Shown here in pieces: positions 36,501-46,534 of a stretch of DNA of 64,000 nucleotides (position 1 is the stretch's first letter; every line of letters starts with the position of its first letter). The notes beneath the pieces are model-generated. The model worked only from the letters and a program-made list of their open reading frames with translations. It was not told where the DNA came from and searched no databases. The DNA lies in the NCBI GenBank assembly GCA_002633005.1, contig NMRA01000117.1:124001-188000 (forward strand). Reading direction: 5' to 3'. The DNA is from Phoronis australis (Eukaryota > Animalia > Phoronida). The position numbers and the translations under genes were made by a program.

Positions 36501-39500
36501 AAACATATCTGCCAATTTTCATGATTCTTTGAGCAGAGAGGACACAGTTTTGAACACTTGGTTCACAACCTGACACTGTTACTAGGGAAAAAACTGCCAC
36601 TCAGGAGCACAGCAGAGGTCAGATTCATCTGAAAATCAACATCAGCCTTGCTCTTCTCAGTAGACAGAATTCAATCAAATTTTAGAACCATACTTTCAGA
36701 ACTTGGTAGATATTAAAAAATGCACAGGAAAATAAAGTGCAACTAGGGAGCATAACAGTAGTCAGATTTGCACAGGAAAATAAAGTGCAACTAGTTAGCA
36801 TGACACTAGTCAGATTTGCACAGGAAAATAAAGTGCAACTAGTTAGCATGACAGTAGCCAGATTTGCACAGGAAAATAAAGTGCAACTAGTTAGCATGAC
36901 AGTAGTCAGATTTGCACAGGAAAATAAAGTGCAACTAGTTAGCATGACAGTAGTCAGATTTGCACAGGAAAATAAAGTGCAACTAGTTAGCATGACAGTA
37001 GTCAGATTTGCACAGGAAAATAAAGTGCAACTAGTTAGCATGACAGTAGTCAGATTTGCACAGGAAAATAAAGTGCAACTAGTTAGCATGACAGTAGTCA
37101 GATTTGCACAGGAAAATAAAGTGCAACTAGTTAGCATGACAGTAGTCAGATTTGCACAGGAAAATAAAGTGCAACTAGTTAGCATGACAGTAGTCAGATT
37201 AGCCTGAAAATTAACTTCGCTTATACTCTCCTCACAACGTCCCTTCATTGCAATATGGTAGAATTTGAGGCAGGCACAAAAATATGCTCTGATCAATAAC
37301 CAAATCCCTCACATTTCATGACGATCCTTCAAACCGTTTGGCAGATAGAGAGGTAAACAAAAAAACCGGATACCAAATAACTAAAATTGACACTGGGGGC
37401 ACAGCAGTGGTCGGCTCGACCCCAAACTTAATGGGTAACATTCTCTCCTTAATAAGAATACAAACATCAAATTTCCTTGAGATCCAGAGCAATTTGGTAG
37501 ACATAGAGGCAAATACAAAACTTAACATTGCGCATTGCTTTGAGATAAGATCTGTAAACTCAAGACATTCGTATGAAAAGCTAAAGCGTGATCACAAGCT
37601 TTGCTTGTTATGTGAAGACTTGCATTATCTTGCATTTTCGCGAGATTCTTGTGTCTACAGATTTCAGCACTGGGCTCCGTTTCACGAAACTATTTTGGTC
37701 TTAACTTAGATGAAAATAACAATGCTGTCACTCCATAGCATGTTACGTTGCAATTGTTGAACAATGCTAGTTTGATGTCATGTCAACACTCAAACTTTGA
37801 GATTTCAACTTTCATCAAACGAAATCCTGTTAAGAGATTTCAACAAGGTAACAGAGCATGTCTCACTAAGTGTGGTAGAAGACGATCAGCGTAGTAAACA
37901 AATCCAGCTCCAAATGCAAATCCAACAGCTACAGGAAAGAAGGCCCACTGTCCCTGGTCCCCATACAGACCCGAATGTTCAGCCATCTCTATAGCAGGGC
38001 TAAGTAATGACCAGTAGGATGCAGCAGTCATCACCTAAAAACAAACAAATGTCACAGTTGGTTAACAGTACTTCAAACATTACATTCTTTAAGTCTCACA
38101 GGTCTTATAGCAGTTTTTTCAGTCATATTGAATCCAGCTAAGCAAATAGCTTTACGAGAGGAGCACCACAGCAGCCACCAGAACACACTGGAGCATCAGT
38201 AGCAAAAGGCATCATTGTAATAAACATCAGTAACACTTGCTCTAAACTTTTGAGGGTAGTGGAGGGTTACAGAGCTTTACTTTGTTTCAGAGAACTGGAT
38301 GGGAGTGTTCTTAATATTAATTAATAGGCCAAAACCGGGTTTGGTATCCTTTTGACTTACTCACCCCTGCTGCAAAGCCAAGACTTCCATCCAAAATCTT
38401 CCGCTGCAAAAATAAGACCAGTTTTGATGATTATGTGATTGCTTTCAACTAACAGCCTCCAAATTTCAATTGAAATTTTACTTCAAAACTGAGCCCCCTA
38501 TCAACAAGTTATAGAAAGTGCCATCCATATTATAAGTTACCCTAGACCAAGTTCTTCCTGGAATGAGTCGTCACTAGGTTTAGTAGTGGTGTATACACTA
38601 TTTGCAATGCGGCAACCCGACATGTATGACAACTCATTCCTCCTTATAAAGGTATGACAACTTGTTCACGGGTAACTTGCTCCAACACAAGTCATAGTGT
38701 GGACACAAACCTGCAGACAAGGCGTAAAAAAATTATCAGCTGTGCGCTTTGAAATCAGTTATACACATAGGGGTATCTAATTATCTTTTTACCAAATTTG
38801 TTGCATGTTGCAGGGTACGTACCGCGGACACTCCGCTGAACGGGGGGGATAGTGGCTCTAGAGCAAGGGTAACTCATAGCATGGACATGACTAAAGAAAG
38901 AAATGTGAAGACGAGGCAGATGCAAAAATGAACAGGAATTGATTTCTAGTAACCAGCACCTACCGAGTAAGGCGCAGGATTGAATCAAATAGGAAATTTT
39001 CAATTTTCTCCTACTACAATACATGTGTTCTGAAGTCTCCCTTGCCTAACCCTAACCCTAAAACCAACTCTCAAAATGTACAATCTGTAACTAATAGAAG
39101 TACAACCCTTCAGGGATTTTTATATAAACTTAGCTGCAAGTCGTTTTTAAAAGACAGAGTTAAAAATAGGTTGGTCTCTTGCATGGGCACAGACAAGTCA
39201 TTAGTGCTATTTTCAAGTTGGTAGTTCGGCCCTCACAATTCGCATGTGGCTTAAAACAGCACCAACATGCAATTTTTAGGCTTAATGCAAACACACATTT
39301 CCAGCAAGAATTGTGATTGCCATATCCAAGATGCATCTCTGGTAGTTAAGTGAAGTTTGTGTGCTGAAAGCAACTGATATTTGCCATAGAATAGTCAGGT
39401 TTTGTACTGCTACATCTTGTAAAAAGCATCTCAATCTTATGAAAAATAAAAGGTGCCATCACTGCATCAGTGTACTTCATCAAGTGTGGGATACTGGGAA

Positions 39501-41681
39501 ACAGCATAGTCTTTGGCTAATAACATTTCAAAATTACCAAAAGATTTCAGGTGTTTTAACCAATTTGGCTAATACAATAAAATGTCTAGCACCAGCCTCC
39601 TAAAACCAGTTTGACTGCTTAGTTCTATGTTAACACTCACTTCATTTCATTAATTAAAGGCATCTAATGTTTGTTTAGTGAGGATAGAACAAATAAAGAC
39701 TGGTACCTTCGGCTCAAATTCTTCAAGTCACTCATTGTAAAGAACCTCCATGCACAAGAGAAACCTGGTACTTGGGAGTTTCTTTCAGGTGAAAGAGCTT
39801 TGGAACTTTGGTATACTGCCTAGCACCGAAGCCAAAGGTACCACTGCTAATCATCTCTTCTGGCTCTATCTCCTCACTTATCAGTGGGAATAAGTCAAGT
39901 GTAGATGACCCTAATTAAGGAACTGAACTTGCATTTTAGCAATGACGTTGATTTTGGGCTGTGAAAAATCATGTATTACTAAAGAGTGCCTGCCCTTCAG
40001 GGTAGAAGGTTAAGCGAAATGACCAGACAAGCAGAAGCAGTGGTGACTGTGGACAGTGTTTTTGGACAGTAACTTGGTTCAAATACCTAGCATCCATGCC
40101 CATGGCCTACTTGGGTACGGACTTCTGCAACCTCTCTATGGAAGAGCCTAGTGACTATATTTTTTATATAAGAGGGTTCTTACGAGTTTTAAATCAGATG
40201 TCTTGTGCAATGCGTCCGATCTATGTGGCTTGCACACACGTCCGATGCTATTCAGATATCGGACCACCTGCAATGTTTTTTAAAAGAGTGCCTTTCTGTG
40301 GCTACACCAACATCAACTCCAATGGTTGAACTTTATTAACTTTGCTGCTTTCGTCAGAACAAGCAACCAAGACATTTGATTTGTCGGAACCTTAAGTGTA
40401 CCCATTTATTGTTGACATCTTTTCACATTATTTTGTTCTTCCATATAAATTCCATATTGACTCTTCAAAACTTCCACAATGTAATAAAACATATTTTCCT
40501 GGGAAGAGAAAATCAATCCAGAGGCTAAAATTTACAAGTAATAAAAAAGAACTCACTTGGCTCACAAAAGTAGTTATGTGACCAAGATAAACAGTGAAAA
40601 TTAAGAAATAAATACATTTTTTTTAATTAAAACAAAAACTTTATGTGGTGAATTTAGTAGTGACCAAAAGCATTTTGCACTCTCTTTTAGTTTTACTACA
40701 AAATAACTAAAGAAAAAACACCAAACCCTTTGATGTAAAATTATCTATTTTTAGTTAATTTAAGGAAATACGCTGTAGTAATACTAAGTAATAGCCAAGA
40801 TTACCCAACACGGGGATCGAACCAGCGACCCCCATAAAACCGGCAAGCGTGCTAACCATTCAGCTAAAAGGCAATTGCCCGTTAGCGAGTAGCTAACAGA
40901 GGCTCATGTGATTCACCGAAAGCACATCTACAACAACGCACATCATCAGAAAGAATAACAAACTTTCTACCAGAATAGTGCTATACTTTGGATGAGCAAA
41001 ATACTAACTATTGCTCATTAGCACGGTACGTTTGATTAGTGGTCTGGAACTGACGCACTGACTGTGCACGCTATCAGGCAGAAACTCTACCAACAAAAGT
41101 TCATTCACAACTCAGCTATCAACCAGCTGCGTAACAACTTTCTGAAATGGTGAAACGATAAACCAAAAACAGCGCTTGGTGATTTTGAGATAAGTTTACT
41201 AATTTCTTCAAAGTTACTTCAATATTTAGCACCCAATTATCTGCGAACTGACTCCGAACTCAACATGCCGAAGAGGCTCGGAACTTCAGATGGGAGACAG
41301 TCACGATTGTGTTTGGTTTATTCAACGAAAATCGTAACCCACTAAGGGTGTCGACCGTGGGTATACTGCTGCTAAGTCAGAAGTCGTCATCGAAAACCAA
41401 TGTCTTAGACATTTGACGCGGCGGACCGGCGAAGTCAATCAACTGCACCCAAATGCCAACGGCTGCCACGACATCAGACCGGTCATTTGTCGTGTCATGA
41501 GCCCGTCAATCAAAGGGGTTTCCGACTTCCTACGATTCCCAAAGTAGTTAAAAAGTGTGGTTTTAATTAATACCTTTCCTGACTGAAATACAAACACAAG
41601 TGCAGCACCCAGGGCGGTAAGACCCCAGGTAAATAAGGTTCCTAACAGAGCTTGAAGAACCCGATTATACCCTTCCAACAT
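18491..41681 (-). CDS. SLC39A11: Zinc transporter ZIP11 (GufA subfamily), whole gene span, 9 coding exons, 1005 nt / 334 aa
   Basis: Exons 41574-41681, 38365-38403, 37867-38034, 35388-35502, 29172-29339, 26598-26667, 24649-24747, 18810-18968 and 18491-18569 all have GT-AG boundaries and compatible phases. The joined protein has the ZIP11 hallmarks [51 protein letters not shown] and C-terminal MMSLDVGLG*. Confidence 0.97.
18810..18968 (-). CDS. SLC39A11: ZIP11 coding exon 8
   Basis: [52 protein letters not shown]|gtgagt, 159 nt. Confidence 0.96.
19560..19985 (-). mobile_element. Decayed RNase H domain of a retroelement
   Basis: [10 protein letters not shown]...GSGISF and, after a frameshift and stop, [25 protein letters not shown], resembling the RNase H motifs YTDGS and WVKAHxGIxGNExADxLAKxG. 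Confidence 0.55.
20641..20703. repeat. Near-perfect 30-bp inverted repeat (hairpin)
   Basis: taggtaaataaaacaacaagaatggatcaa-cca-ttgatctattcttgttgttttatttaccta. Confidence 0.95.
21369..22726. mobile_element. Tc2/pogo-like non-autonomous transposon, copy 2 (opposite orientation, in the intron between ZIP11 coding exons 7 and 8)
   Basis: TIR CCGTATTCGCCGTAATAACCGCCCA with TA TSD. The right ~90 bp is the reverse complement of the left end of copy 1, and a decayed [10 protein letters not shown]...FFLK lies at ~22405-22520 on +. Confidence 0.85.
22914..24481. mobile_element. Kolobok-like non-autonomous DNA transposon (spans the assembly gap)
   Basis: TIR GGTAGGTG(G/T)ATACAC at both ends, flanked by TTAA on each side. 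Confidence 0.7.
23328..23794. other. Assembly gap (467 N)
   Basis: Run of n. Confidence 1.
24649..24747 (-). CDS. SLC39A11: ZIP11 coding exon 7
   Basis: ctacag|[32 protein letters not shown](W)|gtaagt, 99 nt. Confidence 0.96.
26598..26667 (-). CDS. SLC39A11: ZIP11 coding exon 6
   Basis: ttttcag|(E)[22 protein letters not shown](R)|gtaagc, 70 nt. Confidence 0.95.
28325..28478. repeat. 14-bp minisatellite, 11 copies
   Basis: Unit attcatgcctagcc. Confidence 0.98.
29172..29339 (-). CDS. SLC39A11: ZIP11 coding exon 5
   Basis: ...[22 protein letters not shown]|gtaagt; tandem acceptor aagcag. Confidence 0.93.
30336..31957. mobile_element. Helentron-associated/DINE-1-like (HINE) element with internal degenerate tandem modules
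   Basis: Starts aaacaagagc...atgcgcccac, has repeated modules (aaattgccactag, tgccaaattttatgaaaatc), a gacg/gaca microsatellite remnant, and a terminal hairpin atgcgaccac...gtgggtgcat followed by aaaaa. Confidence 0.65.
32795..33115. repeat. 35-bp minisatellite, 9 copies
   Basis: Unit gcattcatgaccacgcaggcgtgaggcacctcaca. Confidence 0.98.
34759..35248. mobile_element. hAT-like MITE
   Basis: Perfect 13-bp TIR CAGGGCTTGGAAT and a 6-bp direct repeat ATCACA on both flanks. Confidence 0.8.
35388..35502 (-). CDS. SLC39A11: ZIP11 coding exon 4 (variable cytoplasmic loop)
   Basis: tttcag|[38 protein letters not shown]|gtatga; phase 0->1 fits the flanking exons. Confidence 0.85.
35690..37510. mobile_element. 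Older, decayed relative of the HINE-like family
   Basis: aacaag...ttgaaatgcgccca start and the same gccactag / tgccaaatttt modules as 30336-31957; the right boundary is approximate. Confidence 0.5.
36721..37200. repeat. 48-bp minisatellite, 10 copies
   Basis: Unit tgcacaggaaaataaagtgcaactagttagcatgacagtagtcagatt. Confidence 0.98.
37867..38034 (-). CDS. SLC39A11: ZIP11 coding exon 3
   Basis: ttttag|[20 protein letters not shown]...[10 protein letters not shown]|gtgaga, 168 nt. Confidence 0.95.
38365..38403 (-). CDS. SLC39A11: ZIP11 coding exon 2
   Basis: tttgcag|[13 protein letters not shown]|gtgagt, 39 nt. Confidence 0.95.
40803..40872 (-). mobile_element. tRNA-derived SINE head or tRNA pseudogene
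   Basis: Pol III A box TAGCTGAATGG and B box GGTTCGATCC at tRNA spacing, but the T-stem and acceptor stem pair poorly. Confidence 0.55.
41574..41681 (-). CDS. SLC39A11: ZIP11 coding exon 1
   Basis: [36 protein letters not shown] followed by a GTATTA donor. An acceptor (tttcag) 7 nt upstream of the ATG implies a non-coding first exon further upstream. Confidence 0.95.
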
Positions 41682-44600
41682 TGCTCGTCTGAAATGTAGT
41701 GACAAGAACAGCACTTTATAATAAATAATATTGACAGGACTTAGACAACTATTTGCTTAAAAACAAAACATAGTTACTAAAATTAACTTAGATTGTATTT
41801 AAATTGTTGTAAAAAGCATATCTTTATAATAATGAGGTGTTGATTTTGAGAAATAAATAATAATTAACATTAGATGATTAAATTAAAGAACTTGGTGCAC
41901 AAATCTATTTCCTTTACTAAAGAGCAGATGCAAGAACGTCTGCTTTAGTTTTGGCGGGCCAGGGATAGATCCATTGCCAAAAGAGGGGGGATGGAGGTGA
42001 AAACTTGTCGATGGGTCAGCTCAAGTTAGGTGTTGTCGTAGAACCACACGGTTGGCTGCCAAGAGTTTTGCGATTCATTTACACTCTTTTCTTGAATTCA
42101 GTCACGGCGCCTACTATTTTAATAGCAGTTTACTATTGTCTAAAATTCCCGCTTTGAGTTAGAGTTGGCCGGGTGAGAAAATGAAACTGACTCATTCTAC
42201 GCCGGCCAGTGGCCCTGAGCTGCATCGCCGGGTCGAGAACATTTCGTGGGTGACTTAATAAAGTGTGTCTAATTCATTATTATTAGGATATAATAACCCC
42301 CTCGCGAACAGCTCATCGGTTTGTAGTACTGATTAGCCGGCTAGCAGCATTCCGGGGCTGTCGCAGCTTTCAAACTCAGTTTTAAAAAAATCCCAGCATA
42401 AAAATCCAAGTTCTATGGTGCTAGCTAGGAAAAAACATAGATATAAATATGTGCCTTTATCTATTTTAGCATTGGCCAATGCCATAGCGTCCAGTAATAG
42501 AAACCGGTTCTCTAATAGACATATAGCTCTAACAGAAGCCGGGACACGCTGAAATTAATAAACGCTGGTTCTCTCAGAAGCCCCTCTAAATGGTACGACC
42601 TTAGAGAGGACGATTGGCAAAAGCGATTTTTTGCGTTTGCCATCATACGATACCACGACCGAAATAAACAAACGCTAGGTCTCAAACAAACGCTTCTCTC
42701 TGGGTCTGGAGCACGTTTGAAAAATAAACGCCCCGGCTATTAGAAGCTTCACTGAGTCTATGCCGCCACACCATTCAGTGGCGTCGGACAGATTGGCGAT
42801 AGTCCACCGTGGTTTTTCGTCCCACCCAAATCGCTTAACAAGGATAAAACTGTAAAAAAGCTGCATCAAAGATATTTTACAACTACCAGCACTGTAGTCT
42901 TGTGTAACTATAGTATCTTTGGTTGTATTCCGCCCCTGTCGATGTTGAATTTTGCTTAAAGCGAGTGTAAACCCATCTCGCATCACAAAAAAACAACTTT
43001 TGATTTAAATCCTTAATTATTGTTATTAAATTGGTCTCAAATTTTTGCTCAGTCAAATTAAGGAAGACCTTATCCTTATCTGTACAAATATCTACCAGTA
43101 CAAAATTATAAGTTTTGAAGTCCGTAACCTGAAAGTAAAAAGTCTATAAGAATATTTTTCTTTTACTTTTTATTAAGTTATTTGAGTCAAGTGACTAAGT
43201 CATTTTCCTAAAAAGTTAAGCCAAAAGAAAGGTTAGGTATATCGATAGCAAAACAACAGCGTTAGTAAAATGACCAAATTTTATTGGACTAAGTGTTCAA
43301 AATTAAGAATAAGATCAGCCATTTTTGAGATATGATATTCCCAAGTTGGGAATTTTTTATACATAACCTAAAGGTGGTTTCAGGGCTCCAAAAGAACTGA
43401 CATATCGTTATTGCTCAAAACCAGGCTTTAACAAGTCGGCTTGTCACGACGTGTCGTTTTATTTGTGCTAAGTGCAGTCATTAAGGGATAACAAACCGTT
43501 GAATTCTTTGAAAGCCCGGCAGAATGACTTTTCACCCGAGTAACGAACAAGTCGAGATCAATTTCATACCAGTACGTGGTCTACATTTTAAAGAAGCACG
43601 AAGCGTTTTGCGGTTTAAAAACATTACCACATTCATCCGATATTGAATTATTGCCGAATGACACACAGCTCAAGTCGCAGACAAATTTACATGCACCATT
43701 TTCAAATCCGCAGTTTTAGGGTTGGCATATCCCAGTAGACCACATGGAGCATTTTTTGAGTTACCGATGGATTTGATGTTCTTGTTGGAAACGGAAGTAG
43801 AATCCTATCACGGTTAGAAACATGGAGTACCAAGTAGGCGAAATGAAACTTTCACGCAATGATAAACACAGACCTCCTTCTGTGGGCATGTGTTCTTTGA
43901 AGCAAGTGGTCTCGCTACAAACGTCTGTTAAAAACAGGCGTTTTGGGGAAGTAAGGAACTATTCAAAAATATAACCATTTTCACGAGCGTACAAACCGTA
44001 TGCTTTTTCCCTCCCTAGACCCTGCAAAAAGCGCACAAAAATGGCGATGTTTTCATACGGTCTATAATTTGGTATCGGTTAAACTGCAAATGCACTTCTA
44101 TGTTAAATGACAGTGTTGGTTTATGCACTTGTTTGGCGGTGTCTTCAGATTTTTTTCCATGTGAAAAAAAATAATTAAGAACACTGACTTTTTTATTTTG
44201 ACATCGCCATTTTTGTGACGTGAAAGAGTACGCTAGCAGCATGCTCCTCCCTAAAAATGTACAGATTATACGCTGGTGAAAATGGTCAACGGTCCCTAGC
44301 TCATGCCACCAGCAAATGGGTGTGGCACTGCCATCTTCCACATTACTGGTATTGTTGCTGGCGAAAACGCCAACGTTTCATCCAGTTTGTAAGTGGGTAC
44401 CGTTTGCCCCTGCCTGTAGTAGACTTTCCACTAAGGCCACACACCCCAGGGGAGTGGCTGGAGTCTCAGTTGGTTACAGGCCACAGAACCAAGGAATCCC
44501 TGACAGCTTGAAACCTCAAAGAATCTTCCATTCAGGGCAGGGGACGAAGCAAACGCTACCAATTTACAGGTGCTATAAGAAAACCTGTTAAAGTAAGTTT

Positions 44601-45327
44601 TATTTAAAGTTGAGAAATTCAAACCGAATGACATACAGAGTAGAGTAGTGTAAGTCTTCAAAGTTCTCTTACTTTCATATTTGTATTCAGAGATGGAAAT
44701 CAATCAATAGAACAGATTTATTATGTTTTTATCAATTTTTGCACGAGCAACAGAACCTCATCCAAATAAGTTCTGTTAAACTATGCTAAACTAAAACCTC
44801 TTCACAATTCCTCTAATTGCATCTTCAACATTAGCATTTCGTGCACATTTGTTTCTGCAACATTACAAGTTGTTTTTCGTTAAATGAAAGCCTTTGAATG
44901 CTTTCGTCAGGACATATCTATGCAAAAATATTACAAAAAATATATTATTATATTACATCAATATTGAATCACCCTAGGGGTATACATATGCGAAGTATAG
45001 GCCATCTGTCGCTGAGATAGGTGACTTTTTCACTGCAAACGATGTATTTTCAATCAATTCCCCAGCATACACTTTTTGGATTGGAACTCTTGTCCCGTTT
45101 TTGCAAAAAAATTGACTATTAAGAGTTTGGAGTTTCATTGAGATTTGCTGTGGCATAAAGAATGTAGTCTAAATGGTTGCTTACTCCATTTTATATCAAT
45201 TAACAAACATTTTGTAAAAGTTTAAAATCGTTAGAAAATGAAAGCCAAAAACTACTAAAGCATGAGTTTTTTCATAGCATGTCGAGTGCTAACCCTGCTA
45301 TAGAAGGTTGGGGTTTCATCTTGCACA

Positions 45328-45698
45328 ATCTCAACAATGGTGGCTATCCTAATTTTGCTGCACTAAAAAATTCTTTCAACTAATGAATACTTCAGTATAG
45401 AACAGGCACATACCAGATCCACTATCTCAACAATGGTGGCTATCCTAATTTTGCTGCACTAATTCTTTCAACTAATGAATACTTCAGTATAGAACAGGCA
45501 CATACCAGATCCACTATCTCAACAATGGTGGCTATCCTAATTTTGCTGCGCTAAATTCTTTCAACTAATGAATACTTCAGTATAGAACAGGCATATACCA
45601 GATCCAAAATCTCAACAATGGTTGCTAACCTAATTTTGCTGCACTAATTCTTTCAACTAATGAATACTCCAGTATAGAACAGGCATATACCAGATCCA
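45328..45698. repeat. ~93-bp tandem repeat, 4 copies
   Basis: Unit atctcaacaatggtggctatcctaattttgctgcacta...gaacaggcacataccagatcca, downstream of the VPS35L stop. Confidence 0.95.
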
Positions 45699-46435
45699 CA
45701 ATCCCATGTTAATCAACCTAGTGTTTCTCTGGTGAACAAAGGTGATTTGAGTGTTGTACTATCTTAGCAAATGTTACTAAGGAAGCCTGAGACAACGAGG
45801 CAATGCTTGCTCAATGAATATTAAGTGGGTATAATGCGATAATTTTGGTGCAGAGTTTTCTTTTCCACATGGGCAAATATGAGGAACTTGAAAACAACCC
45901 TGATGCATACAACCATGACAGTTTCTTTGATTTCGTGCACAACACAACTGTAGCCAACTTGTGTTGTGAAACTGAAGGCATGCTGAGGAATTACTCTGTG
46001 GGTTTGATATAATGTTACTAACCAACCTAGCCCACCTGTACTGAAACATTGTTTGTACATTTTCGTTTTTCTGTGCTTCTAATATTTAGAATTTTGAAGC
46101 ATCAAATTTGGCCCAGAAATAACAGTTACAGCTTGTGGTCACATTAAATCAAGCCCTCCATCATGCTGTCTATAAACACATGGCTCACGAAACATGAATT
46201 TGCTACCAGTGTTATTGATATGGTCTTAGCTGAACCATTAGAGGTGTTTATAGGGCGACATTGTACGGTAACCAGTCTAGTTATGACTAGTGTTTCACGC
46301 ACACCATGAGTTTCAATTTTTGTATGATGTTTTTCTCATAATTCAGCTACAGATTTGTTACTGGACTGAGAACAATGACAGTGACACAGTCTTTATGTTC
46401 TTTTGGATTTACACAAATTTCCACTGAACTGGACA

Positions 46436-46534
46436 TTAGGTTCTAGACTGAAGCGTCATCTTGCTTGCTAACTCTGCATACTCCTTTCCACCTTTAGCAA
46501 CTCCCCTGTGCTTTACATCACCTAGCACACGAAC
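46436..46534 (-). CDS. VPS35L: VPS35L last coding exon
   Basis: tttcag|[32 protein letters not shown]; the C-terminus resembles the vertebrate LQTRT*. Confidence 0.92.
   Translation of the reverse strand, partial: VRVLGDVKHRGVAKGGKEYAELASKMTLQSRT

Noticed and set aside
36721-37200. Multimerised metal response elements in the 48-bp array
   Set aside because: The units contain TGCACAG and TGCACTT, which miss the final C of the TGCRCNC core.
36682-37296. 204-aa and 156-aa repeat-protein ORFs
   Set aside because: They are translations of a 48-bp tandem repeat inside a ZIP11 intron and are open on both strands.
38344-38353. U12-type donor GTATCCTTTT
   Set aside because: It is on the + strand, antisense to ZIP11, with no supporting plus-strand exon; all mapped introns have U2-like GT-AG boundaries.
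39045-39061. Telomeric-type (CCCTAA)n
   Set aside because: Fewer than three units, and common inside interspersed repeats.
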